Assembly (NCBI GenBank): GCA_964563385.1
Contig: CAZLVV010000002.1
Location: forward strand, 154-64,153
Direction: 5' to 3'
DNA: 64,000 nucleotides
Origin: an uncultured Gammaproteobacteria bacterium
Lineage (GTDB): Bacteria; Patescibacteriota; Patescibacteriia; 2-12-FULL-60-25
Below, in pieces: positions 1 through 10,222 of this stretch. Numbering within the stretch: the stretch's first letter is position 1; each line of letters starts with the position of its first letter. Below the pieces are notes generated by a model, which was not told the DNA's origin, ran no database searches, and saw only the letters and a program-made list of their open reading frames with translations. A program made the position numbers and the translations under genes.

Positions 1-34
1 CAAGAAAACGTATCTAATTAATCAAGTTTTCAAT

Positions 35-754
35 CTATTTTACATTATTATTCTCGCTATCGTAATTTTCATCACTTCCACTCATTTGTTCATCCATTTT
101 TTTAAAATTTAAATATGTTTTTACAATTCCATAAATCAACAAAACAGTAATCAATAAAACCGGAAAAACTAAAATAATTCCGTAAATATTCCAATATGCA
201 GTCAAAGGCATTTCAGAGTAAACTTGATTTTTTATTTTTGCCAATTCAACAAATGTTCTATAGGCAGACCGCCAAGATTTATCTTCTCTATTTCCGATAA
301 TCAAAACATATGGTTTTTCATTATCTGGCAAAGAACTAATAGTAATCGTATGCGTTCCACTCGCAACTTCAACAAAAAATTCAGGACCTAAAAAATATCC
401 ATTTCCTGTAAATTCATCTTTATAATAATTCCACTCATCTTCTTCAAAAATCAAATCCGCCTTTTGCGACTCCCCATTCTGATCTTTATAATTTACATGC
501 ATCATCACATTTTTGGTGGCCCAAGGAACATCAGGAATACGTAAAACCGCTTTCAACTCACCCGGTTCAGCAAAATTTATCACATATCTTGCTGGTTTTC
601 CAGGTAATTTGGCATAATATCCAATTTCATGGATCGGATCTTCAACATCATATTTAACTTCCGAACCCGCAAATCGCGGTTCATAAGCAAAAACCGCAAT
701 CGGCATAATAACTAGCAAAAACACAAAAGATGCAATATATTTTTTTTCTCTCAT
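35..754 (-). CDS. hypothetical exported protein with N-terminal signal/anchor and C-terminal TM helix
   Basis: 239-aa ORF. Hydrophobic N-terminus (IASFVFLLVIMPIAVFA) and hydrophobic C-terminal stretch (IILVFPVLLITVLLIYGIV). No family recognised. Confidence 0.55.
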   Translation of the reverse strand: MREKKYIASFVFLLVIMPIAVFAYEPRFAGSEVKYDVEDPIHEIGYYAKLPGKPARYVINFAEPGELKAVLRIPDVPWATKNVMMHVNYKDQNGESQKADLIFEEDEWNYYKDEFTGNGYFLGPEFFVEVASGTHTITISSLPDNEKPYVLIIGNREDKSWRSAYRTFVELAKIKNQVYSEMPLTAYWNIYGIILVFPVLLITVLLIYGIVKTYLNFKKMDEQMSGSDENYDSENNNVK

Positions 755-854
755 ATAACTCTGTTATTTTTAATCAAAAATATAAAAAAAGCAATTCATA
801 ATATTATTTAACTTACAAAAATTAATACTTTATTTAATATTATCAAATAAAAAT

Positions 855-877
855 AAAATCCGATAATATCGGATTTT
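855..877 (-). terminator. rho-independent terminator downstream of the tRNA pair
   Basis: Perfect inverted repeat AAAATCCGAT / ATCGGATTTT around a 3-nt loop. On the minus strand it is followed by a U-rich run and starts 5 nt after the tRNA-Tyr 3' end. Confidence 0.55.
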
Positions 878-881
878 GTTA

Positions 882-966
882 TGGTGGGTAGGCCAGGATT
901 CGAACCTGGGAAGGCTGAGCCAGCAGATTTACAGTCTGCCCCGTTTGACCGCTTCGGTACCTACCC
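882..966 (-). tRNA. tRNA-Tyr (anticodon GTA), type II with long variable arm, CCA encoded
   Basis: Hand fold of the reverse complement. Acceptor GGGTAGG/CCTACCC, anticodon stem GCAGA/TCTGC, loop CTGTAAA, long variable arm, T-arm CCAGG-TTCGAAT-CCTGG, 3' ACCA. Confidence 0.9.
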
Positions 967-1035
967 AACTCTGCTAAAATTTTATAAAAAATATCTTAAA
1001 AAAGAATAACTCTTCATGTAAAATTTTAGCGTAAA

Positions 1036-1111
1036 TGGAGCCGTTGACCGGGATTGAACCGGTGACCTTCTCCTTACCATGGAGATGCTCTACCAGCTGA
1101 GCTACAACGGC
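1036..1111 (-). tRNA. tRNA-Thr (anticodon GGT), discriminator U, CCA encoded
   Basis: Hand fold. Acceptor GCCGTTG/CAACGGC, D-arm GCTC-AGCTGGTA-GAGC, anticodon stem TCTCC/GGAGA, loop ATGGTAA, T-arm ACCGG-TTCAATC-CCGGT, 3' TCCA. Confidence 0.9.
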
Positions 1112-1200
1112 AAAAATGTCCAAAAAGTATAATAAATAATCTTAAATTAGTCCAGTTACTTATAAACAAGGTATTTTCAAAAAAATTAACAAAGTGCATT

Positions 1201-2106
1201 TCAAACTATATTTTTTTTTAAATCTTCAATTCTTTGTTTGTATTTTGCTAATTTAGGTTGATCATCTAAAACCAAACGCAATTTATCATATTTTTTCTTG
1301 GCGTCAATAGCCTCACCTAACTCTATTAAACATTCCAAAGCCAACTCTTGATATTTTATTGATTTTGGATCCAAATCCGTTGCTCTTTTAATTGATGGCC
1401 AAGCTTCTTTATAAGCGCCCATATCAATATAAAATTTTGCTAATTCCGCATGTCTATTCGCAAGTCTTGGTCTAATTTGCACAGCTTTAATTCTATAAGC
1501 TTCTTCTAATCTTTTATCTTTATCAAAATTAGCTATATCCGCTAATGAAGCATAAACAACATCATCAACTTGTTTAACTTTTAACAAATATTCAAAAGTT
1601 TCTTTAGCTTGAGGCATCATTTTTTGCTTCAAATAAATCAGACCAATTCCTTTATAAGCTTCCGAATTTCTATTATCCATCAATAAAATTTCCAAATATC
1701 TTTTTTCTGCATCCGCCCATTTCAAATCCCTCGCCAAACTGCGCGCTTCATCCAAAAGCAATTTAATTCTCTCATCTTGACTTGGAGCCACTTTAGCAAA
1801 AGGATGTTTTGCTTGTTCGTAAAAACGATTTAAATTTAATAAATTTAAATAACTGCGATGAAAAGCTGTCTTTAACGAAAAAATGAAACGTCTATACAAA
1901 ATCTTTAATGGTTCCACTTTCCCGCTTTGAATACGTTTGAATCTTTCTTTTACCAGTTCGTCGCGTTTTTGCTTTTCTTTTTCTTCCTTAATTGAATCCG
2001 GATCTATTAAACGTATTTCATTCCAATGTTTATAAATTAAAAACAATATTGCGGTAAAACATACTGACGCAACTCCAACCGCAATCCAAAATAATATTTG
2101 ATTCAT
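1201..2106 (-). CDS. membrane-anchored TPR-repeat protein
   Basis: ORF 1201..2142. Start moved to the ATG at 2104-2106 (MNQILFWIAV...), which abuts the tpiA stop. N-terminal TM helix, then TPR-like repeats (AEKRYLEILLMDNRNSEAYKGIGLIYLKQ...). Confidence 0.7.
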   Translation of the reverse strand: MNQILFWIAVGVASVCFTAILFLIYKHWNEIRLIDPDSIKEEKEKQKRDELVKERFKRIQSGKVEPLKILYRRFIFSLKTAFHRSYLNLLNLNRFYEQAKHPFAKVAPSQDERIKLLLDEARSLARDLKWADAEKRYLEILLMDNRNSEAYKGIGLIYLKQKMMPQAKETFEYLLKVKQVDDVVYASLADIANFDKDKRLEEAYRIKAVQIRPRLANRHAELAKFYIDMGAYKEAWPSIKRATDLDPKSIKYQELALECLIELGEAIDAKKKYDKLRLVLDDQPKLAKYKQRIEDLKKNIV

Positions 2107-2107
2107 G

Positions 2108-2866
2108 TTAGTTTGGTATCGCGTTTCTGCACAAAAGGCCAAAAACGCGCGGATCCAACGAAGCTCCTCCGACTAAAGCGCCGTCAATCCCAGTAGTTGT
2201 TAGATATTCGCTAATATTATTTGGATCAACAGATCCGCCGTAAATAATTCTAGTTCTTTCCGCAATTTGTTGATCAAATTTTTTTGCAATCGTAGCGCGA
2301 ATTATTTCATGAGCTTCTCTAGCTCGTTGGCTAGGACATGATTTGCCACTACCTATAGCCCAAATTGGTTCATATGCAAAAATAAAAGGTGTTCTTGCTT
2401 CCGGATCCAATTTTGTTATAACCGCAGTTACTTGTTGTCGTAAAATTTTATTGGTTTCTTTATTCTTGTTTTGTTGCGCAGTTTCTCCTACGCATATAAC
2501 CGGTATAATACCTGATTTTTGAGTCGCTACAGCCTTTTTCTGTATCATTTCATTATTTTCTTCAAGATATTGTCTACGCTCGCTATGACCAATTAAACAA
2601 TAAGTAACGTCAAACTCTTTTAGCATAGAAGGTGAAATCTCACCCGTATAAGCTCCGTCAACTTCCCAAAAAACATCTTGAGCAGCTAATGAAGGTATAG
2701 AAGCTCTTCCTAAAGAAGCTCTAGCCGCCGCCAGAGAAACATGCGGAACGGCCACTGCAATATCAACATCTTTCGGCAATCTTTCGCGTCTGAATGCTCT
2801 AATCCAGCCCCCTGCTTTAATAGGGCCATAATGCATCTTCCAATTAGCAATAATTAATGGGTTCAT
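2108..2866 (-). CDS. tpiA: triosephosphate isomerase
   Basis: Motifs ANWKMH, IGHSERR, AYEPIWAIGSG and YGGSV. Start chosen at MNPLIIANWKM, immediately after the upstream stop. Confidence 0.9.
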   Translation of the reverse strand: MNPLIIANWKMHYGPIKAGGWIRAFRRERLPKDVDIAVAVPHVSLAAARASLGRASIPSLAAQDVFWEVDGAYTGEISPSMLKEFDVTYCLIGHSERRQYLEENNEMIQKKAVATQKSGIIPVICVGETAQQNKNKETNKILRQQVTAVITKLDPEARTPFIFAYEPIWAIGSGKSCPSQRAREAHEIIRATIAKKFDQQIAERTRIIYGGSVDPNNISEYLTTTGIDGALVGGASLDPRVFGLLCRNAIPN

Positions 2867-2867
2867 A

Positions 2868-4151
2868 TTATTTTCTAGCAATTATTTTAGCAAAATCATT
2901 TTTGGAAGCTATAGGACCAATTGCGGCTCCAACCATTTTATTTGGATTTAATATCTTTCTGGCAACTCTTTGAATATCTTCTGATGTAACTGCTTTTATT
3001 TTTTTTATTATGTCTTTTGGTGATTCAAAATTATGTTCATAAACCCAATTCGCTCCATACCATCTAGCTAGCACTGCTGTATCTTCCATATGCAAAGACA
3101 TGCTTCCGGTTACATGATCTTTAGCTCTTTGTAACTCATCCTTAGTTACAGTCTGTTGTATCATCTTATTCAATTCTTCATAAATAGCTCGTATCGCTTC
3201 TTTCAACCTTGTTTTATCTAATCCAGCCCAAATAGTCAAGATACCTGTATCTTCTAGTGATTCATGCATAGCACGAATTGCATAACACAAACCTCTTCTT
3301 TCTCTAATTTCTATAAATAACCGCGAAGACATATTGCCCCCCAAAATCAATGATAACAATTTTGCCACTTGCCTATCTTTATGCCCATAAGGCAATCCGT
3401 AAAAACCTAAAGCTAACTGAGTTTGTTCGGTTTCTTTTTTCTGAAAAACTATGGGTTGTTTTAATTTTTTAGGCTCTTTAAAACACGCAAACAAATTATC
3501 TGTATGTTGTTTTGGAATTTTAACGCTTCCAAAAGTTTTTTCAAATTCTTTTACAATTGCTGGCATAATTTTACCAGCTAACACAATAGTTATACGTTCG
3601 GGTATATAATAATCATGATGAAATTTTACCAAATCATTTCTTTTTATTTCACGAACCGTTTTTCGCGTACCAGCTATATTCCATCCCAAACTAGAACCAG
3701 AAAACATTGCTTCCTCTAACAAATCTGCAATATGATCGCGAGGATTATCTTCATACATATTAATCTCTTCTAAAATAACTTTACGCTCTCTTTCAATTTC
3801 ATCAGGATCAAATTTAGAAAAAAACAACATATCGTAAAGCATGTCTATTGCCAGCGAAGTGTGATTAGCATCCATCTTTATGTAATAACCAGTAATATCT
3901 TTACCCGTATAAGCATTATATTCTGCTCCATAACGATCAAGCTCTTTAGAAATATCCAAAGTCGAAGGTCTCTTTTCCGTGCCTTTAAACATCAAATGTT
4001 CCACAAAATGCGCAGCTCCATTAATCTTGATTGATTCATATCTAGAACCAACCTTAACCAACACCAAAAGAGTCATGGACTGCGCTCCGTCTTTTGGGAC
4101 TAAAATTAGTTGCATGCCATTTTTTAATTTTTTGCTATGTATATTTTTCAT
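2868..4151 (-). CDS. M16 (pitrilysin/insulinase) family zinc peptidase
   Basis: 427 aa with the inverted zinc motif HxxEH (GAAHFVEHLMFKGT) and the two-domain length typical of M16B peptidases. Confidence 0.85.
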   Translation of the reverse strand: MKNIHSKKLKNGMQLILVPKDGAQSMTLLVLVKVGSRYESIKINGAAHFVEHLMFKGTEKRPSTLDISKELDRYGAEYNAYTGKDITGYYIKMDANHTSLAIDMLYDMLFFSKFDPDEIERERKVILEEINMYEDNPRDHIADLLEEAMFSGSSLGWNIAGTRKTVREIKRNDLVKFHHDYYIPERITIVLAGKIMPAIVKEFEKTFGSVKIPKQHTDNLFACFKEPKKLKQPIVFQKKETEQTQLALGFYGLPYGHKDRQVAKLLSLILGGNMSSRLFIEIRERRGLCYAIRAMHESLEDTGILTIWAGLDKTRLKEAIRAIYEELNKMIQQTVTKDELQRAKDHVTGSMSLHMEDTAVLARWYGANWVYEHNFESPKDIIKKIKAVTSEDIQRVARKILNPNKMVGAAIGPIASKNDFAKIIARK

Positions 4152-4167
4152 AAAAAATTATCAACTA

Positions 4168-5541
4168 TTACAATGAACTTATTTTTTGTTCAAACCATTT
4201 CATTAAATTATCAATTTGCACACGTTCTTGATTCATTGAGTCTCTTTCTCTAATTGTAACCGCATTATCATTTTCAGTTTCAAAATCAATAGTTACACAA
4301 TAAGGTGTTCCTACCTCATCCTGTCTTCTATATCTTTTTCCAATTGAACCAGTTTCATCATATTCAATACGATATTTCGCACGCAATTCTTTCGTAATTT
4401 CATTAGCTCTTTGTTGCAAATGTTCCTTTTTGAATAACGGCAAAACAGCTATTTGCACAGGAGCAAGATGTGTAGGCAAACTCAATACATATCTAGTATC
4501 AACTTCATCTTCATTTGCTGTTGGCACATCCTCTTCCTTATAAGCGCTTAATAAAGTTGCTAAAAATGTTCTGTCAATTCCAAACGATGGTTCTATCACA
4601 TGGGGCAAAACTTTTTCACCAGTTACGGAATCCATAATTCTTAAATCAATGCCCGAAGCTTCCATATGTCGCTTTAAATCAAAGTCAGTTCTATAAGCTA
4701 ATCCATACAATTCTTTTAATCCAAAAGGATAATTATACTCAATATCAATTGTTCGTTTCGAGTAATGAGCCAATTCATTTTTATCTATTTCATGATAATA
4801 AACTTCATCCTCTTTAATACCCAAAGATTTTATCCAATCTTTCATATCTTCCAACCACTCCTCAAACACTTTTTGCCATTCTGAATCATCTTTTGGCGGA
4901 GCGATAAAATATTCCATTTCCATCAAATTAAATTCCACTTGTCTAAACAAATAATTACCCGCTGTTATTTCATTGCGAAAAGCTTTGCCGTATTGAGCTA
5001 TTCCGAAAGGCAATTTAACTCGCATTGTATCTGTTATATTTTTAAAATTTACAAACATTCCTTGCGCTATCTCTCCACGCAAAAAAACTGGCTTCGCATC
5101 ACTTGATATCGGCCCGATATGAGTCTCAAACATCAAATTAAAAGTTCGTGGTTCCGTCAACTCACCTTTGCATTTTGGACAAGGTAATTTTGAAACTCCT
5201 TCAAGAGCAATATTTTGTTCTTCAGCAAGATGATCAGCTCGAAATCTTTCTTTGCATTTTTTACAATCAATCAATGGATCCGTAAAGTTATCAACATGCC
5301 CTGAAGCCTCCCAAACTTTGGGATTCATTAAAATCGCGGAATCCATTCCAACCATATCAGCCCGAGATTCCACAAACTTTTTCCACCAAGCATCAATAAT
5401 ATTTTTCTTAAGTTGAGCGCCATATGGACCATAATCCCAAGTATTAGCCAACCCGCCGTAAATCTCTGAACCAGGATATACAAACCCCCTTCTCTTCAAA
5501 AGCGCCACTAACTTATCCATCTTATTTTCATTTTTAGACAT
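4168..5541 (-). CDS. glyQS: glycine--tRNA ligase (alpha2 dimeric class II type)
   Basis: 457 aa. N-terminus LLKRRGFVYPGSEIYGGLANTWDYGPYG and overall layout are typical of GlyQS-type GlyRS. Confidence 0.9.
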   Translation of the reverse strand: MSKNENKMDKLVALLKRRGFVYPGSEIYGGLANTWDYGPYGAQLKKNIIDAWWKKFVESRADMVGMDSAILMNPKVWEASGHVDNFTDPLIDCKKCKERFRADHLAEEQNIALEGVSKLPCPKCKGELTEPRTFNLMFETHIGPISSDAKPVFLRGEIAQGMFVNFKNITDTMRVKLPFGIAQYGKAFRNEITAGNYLFRQVEFNLMEMEYFIAPPKDDSEWQKVFEEWLEDMKDWIKSLGIKEDEVYYHEIDKNELAHYSKRTIDIEYNYPFGLKELYGLAYRTDFDLKRHMEASGIDLRIMDSVTGEKVLPHVIEPSFGIDRTFLATLLSAYKEEDVPTANEDEVDTRYVLSLPTHLAPVQIAVLPLFKKEHLQQRANEITKELRAKYRIEYDETGSIGKRYRRQDEVGTPYCVTIDFETENDNAVTIRERDSMNQERVQIDNLMKWFEQKISSL

Positions 5542-5685
5542 ATCTATTTAAAACTTCCAATCACTACAGCAATTATTTTTATAACGTTAATCCTGTCTCG
5601 TTCTACGTCATAACTTTAAGATATGCTTAGCGACTAGTTCAAAGTAATTAATCATGCTGTAGTAATATTGATGCTTAGATTTTTA

Positions 5686-6240
5686 TTAGATCGACATGAC
5701 ATCTTTTTCTTTTTGCGCAACCAGTTCCTCAACTTTTTTATTAGCCCTACCTACCACTTCATCCAATTTTTCTTGATAAGAATACTTTTCATCTTCAGTT
5801 ATGGTCTTTGCTTTTTCATCTTTAATAATTTGTTCACGAACTTCTTCGCGTATATTTCTAATAGAAATCCTGGTTTGTTCGGCCTTTTGATTAATTAGTT
5901 TAACTAAATCCTTGCGATTCTCTTCGGTCATTGGCGGTAAATTCAAATGAATTACAGTACCAGCAACTTTAGGAGTTATACCCAAACCAGAGCCAATTAA
6001 CGCTTTTTCAATCTCTTTAACTAAATTTTTATCCCATGGCTCAATTTGAATCGTGCGCGCATCCGGTATGGTTATTGAAGCCACGCCTTTCAAATCCATG
6101 CTTTGGTCGTAAGCTTCAATTCTAATATCCTCCACCAATTCAGCTGTTGCGCGATTAGTACGCAAATTTTTAAGATCTTTCGTAAAATGGGCTAAAGTCT
6201 GTTCAAAACCAGACTCGGCCTCTTGTATATAATTTAACAT
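5686..6240 (-). CDS. frr: ribosome recycling factor
   Basis: 184 aa. LRTNRATAELVEDIRIEAYD...ITIPDARTIQIEPWDK matches the RRF family pattern. Confidence 0.9.
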   Translation of the reverse strand: MLNYIQEAESGFEQTLAHFTKDLKNLRTNRATAELVEDIRIEAYDQSMDLKGVASITIPDARTIQIEPWDKNLVKEIEKALIGSGLGITPKVAGTVIHLNLPPMTEENRKDLVKLINQKAEQTRISIRNIREEVREQIIKDEKAKTITEDEKYSYQEKLDEVVGRANKKVEELVAQKEKDVMSI

Positions 6241-6357
6241 ATATTTGAAATAACATTTTGCACAATTTTTAGCTTTTAGTCAACAAAAAATCAAAATCGG
6301 ATTCTGAAATTAAGAACCTCAAGCTTATTCATACAAAATATTATTTTGATACTTTAA

Positions 6358-7443
6358 TCATCTTTTTATTTTAGATGGCTTAATCCCCAAATAAGCCAAA
6401 TTACCATCAATTGGATCAATTAACACAACCGAACCATGATTTGTCGTGGGTAATTTTTTAACTTCCCAAGTCATACCAGCGTCTTGCGTAAAGACTAAAG
6501 CAGTTGGGCCTGTATATATCATCTTTTTCGGATCATTCGGATCAATAGCTAAATCGGAAATTTTATTTTCGCCTATATCAGTTATTAAAGACATGGCCTC
6601 CCATGTAGCTCCTTGATCAATTGACTTTGCAATACCATCTTTATGCACTAAATAAATCAAATTCGTATCAACCGGATCAGGCACAACCTTAACAACCCTA
6701 CGAGCATTCCCGATATCGCCAAACTCTTTACGAATTTGCAACCAAGTCACTCCAGCGTCTAAGCTTTTCCAAATTCCATCTCCATCCGTACCAGCATACA
6801 CTAATCGCGAATCATGCGGACTTATAACCAAAGATGAAATTGGCGCGTTCGCTCGTTTTATCACTTTCCAAGATTCACCCTCATCTTCCGATTTGAGTAT
6901 ATCGCCATTACTTACACCGGCATAAATCAAAGTTGGATTAAACCAATCTACTATTATTTGAGTAAAAGAAACTTCGGTACGCGGATCAAAAAATTTAACT
7001 TCCCAATCTCTGCCACAAGTTTTTGTTTTATAAATCTTATTTCCGCTAACCGCATACAAAGTGCATTTATTTTTAGAATCAACTGCCACGGCTCTTACAT
7101 TTTTTGCTTCCAAAGTTTCAGATCTGCGCCAAGAATCTCCTCCATCATAAGAATATATCAATCCATTTTCCAATGTACCAAGGTATATAGCCAACCTATC
7201 TTGCGGATCAATAGTAATAAACTGTACACCAAATTCCGCCACCGAAGGCGTAAGAGTTGCGCCTTCTACATATGCTATTTTATGCACCCATGTTTGACCT
7301 CTATCCGAAGTTTTCCAAATACCCATATCCGGCCCAGCTGTAGAGGTATTTTTTTTAGGAGCAAAGCATCCTTGTCCTAATAAAGGCAGTATTAAAAATA
7401 ATGCCAAAACCCAAGCAATATTTTTTGAAATATTATTTTTCAT
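6358..7443 (-). CDS. BNR/Asp-box beta-propeller lipoprotein (Ycf48/sialidase-like fold)
   Basis: Signal peptide plus lipobox-like LLGQGC. Six SxDxGxTW-type Asp-boxes (TSDRGQTW, SYDGGDSW, SEDEGESW, SLDAGVTW, SIDQGATW, TQDAGMTW). Confidence 0.75.
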   Translation of the reverse strand: MKNNISKNIAWVLALFLILPLLGQGCFAPKKNTSTAGPDMGIWKTSDRGQTWVHKIAYVEGATLTPSVAEFGVQFITIDPQDRLAIYLGTLENGLIYSYDGGDSWRRSETLEAKNVRAVAVDSKNKCTLYAVSGNKIYKTKTCGRDWEVKFFDPRTEVSFTQIIVDWFNPTLIYAGVSNGDILKSEDEGESWKVIKRANAPISSLVISPHDSRLVYAGTDGDGIWKSLDAGVTWLQIRKEFGDIGNARRVVKVVPDPVDTNLIYLVHKDGIAKSIDQGATWEAMSLITDIGENKISDLAIDPNDPKKMIYTGPTALVFTQDAGMTWEVKKLPTTNHGSVVLIDPIDGNLAYLGIKPSKIKR

Positions 7444-7552
7444 ATATTTATATTATACAACAAAATCAAGAGCAATGAAATAAACCACTCTTCTTGTCAT
7501 TTTTCATCTGAAATAAATCAATCTATTCTTTGAAATTGTATATAAAAACACA

Positions 7553-8485
7553 CTAACTAATAACCAATGAGCTCGGATAAGCATTCGGCAAACCTGTGGG
7601 CAGTATTAAATTTTTATTACGAGATACCTGAATCGCGGATCCTTCTAACATAATTCTGGGACTAATTGATCCATTTAAAGCATTCAAAGCATCAATTATA
7701 CCCTGCCCCAAAATAATACTTTTATCGGTTTCGGTAGCCATTAAATTTCGCACTTCTTCCATACAAGCATTCAAAGCATCACTCCAACCCTCACGAGAAT
7801 CTTCTTGCTCTTCAACTATACGTCTTAACTCATCAATTGCCTCTAAACGAACTCCTAAACTCTTTGCGTTCACAAAATCAATAGCCCCTTGACGATATGG
7901 AATTAATACATCTTTTTCCATCATAGCTAAACCGGGTTTGCCTCTAGCCCCTCTTGCAAGTTTTTTGGCGCTTATAGCATCCTTCCCTTTGGCAATCAAA
8001 GCCGAAAAAATTAAATCCTCAGCCACCAATCCCATACTAATATGAACCATTCTGCTAAAAATTGTGATCGGGATTGTAGATAATTGTTCGGCTATACCAA
8101 TAAAAACCGTATCCGAGGGTGGATCTTCCATAACTTTCAACAAAGTATTAAAACCTTCTTGATTCAACCAATCTATTCTGGGCAAATACACAATCATTCT
8201 ATTTGCAATTTGCGGTCTTTCATATAATCTAGCTCTAGCCTCACGCACTATTTTTACCCCTATCTCTTTTTTTCCTTCTTCGGGAAGCAAAACTATCACA
8301 TCCGGATGTGTTTCCAATGATCTTATTTCATCCAAATCAGCCAATCCGCGCACAAATTTTTCCGCTAATAGTGTTTTTCCGATATGCGCCGGCCCACTAA
8401 ATAAATACGCAAAAGCCGGCTTTTTCTTCCAAAGGGGTAACATTTTTTTAATTGATTCATGACCTATAACTTCATTCAAATTCAT
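7553..8485 (-). CDS. holB: DNA polymerase III delta-prime-like clamp-loader subunit
   Basis: AAA+ N-terminus (GHESIKKML...AYLFSGPAHIGKTLLAEKF) and a size typical of HolB. Start set to the ATG at 8483-8485 (MNLNEVIGHE); the ORF track start is 8515. Confidence 0.7.
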   Translation of the reverse strand: MNLNEVIGHESIKKMLPLWKKKPAFAYLFSGPAHIGKTLLAEKFVRGLADLDEIRSLETHPDVIVLLPEEGKKEIGVKIVREARARLYERPQIANRMIVYLPRIDWLNQEGFNTLLKVMEDPPSDTVFIGIAEQLSTIPITIFSRMVHISMGLVAEDLIFSALIAKGKDAISAKKLARGARGKPGLAMMEKDVLIPYRQGAIDFVNAKSLGVRLEAIDELRRIVEEQEDSREGWSDALNACMEEVRNLMATETDKSIILGQGIIDALNALNGSISPRIMLEGSAIQVSRNKNLILPTGLPNAYPSSLVIS

Positions 8486-8626
8486 GCTTAAAAGCTTACC
8501 ACAAATTAAAAACATAAAGCTAGATGCTCAAAAATTTAACTATACAAAACAAATATAATATTTCCTCTCAATCTAAAGAAAAAACCGGCATTTCTGCCGG
8601 ATTCCTAATAAGTGATGAGATTATTC

Positions 8627-9901
8627 TTATAAGAAAGGAACGTTTTCAATGCCGATTCCAAATAAAATCGGCGCGTCAAATCTACCCTGAATGGGCTCGA
8701 CTTTTGGATCAAGGATCCCATGTCTTCCGTAACGATAACCCGCGCCAATCCTGCCCAAAAGATAAAGATTAAATCCCTTAACCGCCTCATTCGGTTCATT
8801 AAGGTCTGCGATGTTCAACCGCCCTTCGGCTTGCGGACCAATCCAGAATAAACGACCTTGTTGAACATCGGTTCGACTATAACGATGAGTTCCTATTCCG
8901 ATGGAAACGCTTCCCGAATCTGCCGAATAGCGATATCCGCCAAAAAGATGCATTTCCAACATACTCTTTTCAAAGTAATCAGAAGCTTTTCCGCCTCCAA
9001 AAACCACAATCGCGCGATGACGGCCGTTTGTTGATAGAGATGGATACAAACCTGCCTCCAAGCCTCCAGCACGCATAAACTCATCGTATAAGGTAAAAGA
9101 TTGAAAAGTAAAGTAAAAATTCATACTCCAACCCATAAGAGCCGGCTCGATATTCGCCATGTTGCTTTTCTTAACCTCTTCAGCCAATCCCATGGCCGCA
9201 CTAGCCATGGCTTCAGTACCATTCATCCGTTGTTCAAGGCTGTTTATTCTCGAATTGAAGTGTTTGGCATATTCAATGATATGATTGCTCATTAAATGCA
9301 AGTGCTCGTTATAACCAACCAAAGTCAAGTCAATATCTTTTAACAATTGCACTTGTGCTTCGTAGTTATTCGAAATATTCACAGGTACTGGTTGACCCTG
9401 ATTCACGTAACTTTGCGCACGATTTTCTAAATCCTTCAATCTAGATTCAATTGCCAAAATTTGCTCGTATATTGCCTGATGCGTGTAGCAAAACTTTTCG
9501 GTTCCACCCGGTTGGGTTAAATAAAAACCTCCAACAGCTTTACAAGCATCTTGCTTAGAAGGGCTTTTAACAGTCTTTTGCGTCGAATTAGTCGTATTGC
9601 GTTTGTCACTTTTTTTCGCCGGTGGACAGTTGGAAGGGCAATGATTAGTCACACCTTCATAACAAGCTCCTAACAACGCACTAACCGCACTTTTTTCACC
9701 TGCTGATAATTTATCATTCGCGCAAGCCGGAATATTACCGCACAACGCAGTAATGTCACGCTTTGATTCATCAAAACAAATTAACTTCAATTGAGCTTCG
9801 CAAGCCTTGATGCATTGATCCAATGCCGATGCTTCAGCTTTTGCTTCATACACAAACAACAGAGAAAACATCACTGTAACCATCATTATACGAAGTTTCA
9901 T
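8627..9901 (-). CDS. secreted protein: Cys-rich N-domain, coiled coil, Gly/aromatic-rich beta-type C-terminal domain (GC-rich island gene 1)
   Basis: 424 aa. Signal peptide MKLRIMMVTVMFSLLFVYEAKA. Strong SD (GGAGAAGGAG) upstream of the ATG. Sampled lines give about 43-50% G+C. C-terminus ...FGIGIENVPFL. Confidence 0.7.
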   Translation of the reverse strand: MKLRIMMVTVMFSLLFVYEAKAEASALDQCIKACEAQLKLICFDESKRDITALCGNIPACANDKLSAGEKSAVSALLGACYEGVTNHCPSNCPPAKKSDKRNTTNSTQKTVKSPSKQDACKAVGGFYLTQPGGTEKFCYTHQAIYEQILAIESRLKDLENRAQSYVNQGQPVPVNISNNYEAQVQLLKDIDLTLVGYNEHLHLMSNHIIEYAKHFNSRINSLEQRMNGTEAMASAAMGLAEEVKKSNMANIEPALMGWSMNFYFTFQSFTLYDEFMRAGGLEAGLYPSLSTNGRHRAIVVFGGGKASDYFEKSMLEMHLFGGYRYSADSGSVSIGIGTHRYSRTDVQQGRLFWIGPQAEGRLNIADLNEPNEAVKGFNLYLLGRIGAGYRYGRHGILDPKVEPIQGRFDAPILFGIGIENVPFL

Positions 9902-10124
9902 TTTTCTCTTCTCCTTCTCCCTTTTGTCTCTTTCTTTATTAAGTGAAAGTTCAATTTTTCTGGCTTATTTAGACAGTTTTTTCCACTTTTGTCAAATATC
10001 CAACCTTTTTTAACTCAAAAAAACGCTAAATCTAGTGATTAATTAACATAACATCACTTTCTATTCTTTCTTTAAAAAAATAAAGTCGTTCTCTCTCAAC
10101 ACTTACTAAAATTATTTTCTTTAC

Positions 10125-10158
10125 AAAAAAAACCCCTTCAAGCAAGCGCTTAAAGAGG
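10125..10158 (-). terminator. rho-independent terminator after island gene 2
   Basis: Minus-strand RNA CCUCUUUAAGC-GCUU-GCUUGAAGGGG forms an 11-bp stem including G-U pairs, followed by U8. It lies 65 nt downstream of the stop at 10223. Confidence 0.7.
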
Positions 10159-10222
10159 TTTAAAGCATAAAAGTTACATTAAATATTACATTAAGAAGAT
10201 ATTAGCCTCGCCCATTACATGA

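Noticed and set aside
5542-5685. Possible T-box upstream of glyQS (pheS at 44013-44085 and pheT at 42841-42947 were also checked)
   Set aside because: No GGGTGGNACCGCG-like core or antiterminator/terminator pair is visible on the minus strand of these short AT-rich leaders.
6958-7380. 140-aa plus-strand ORF
   Set aside because: It is antisense to the BNR/Asp-box propeller gene, which has six clear SxDxGxTW motifs.
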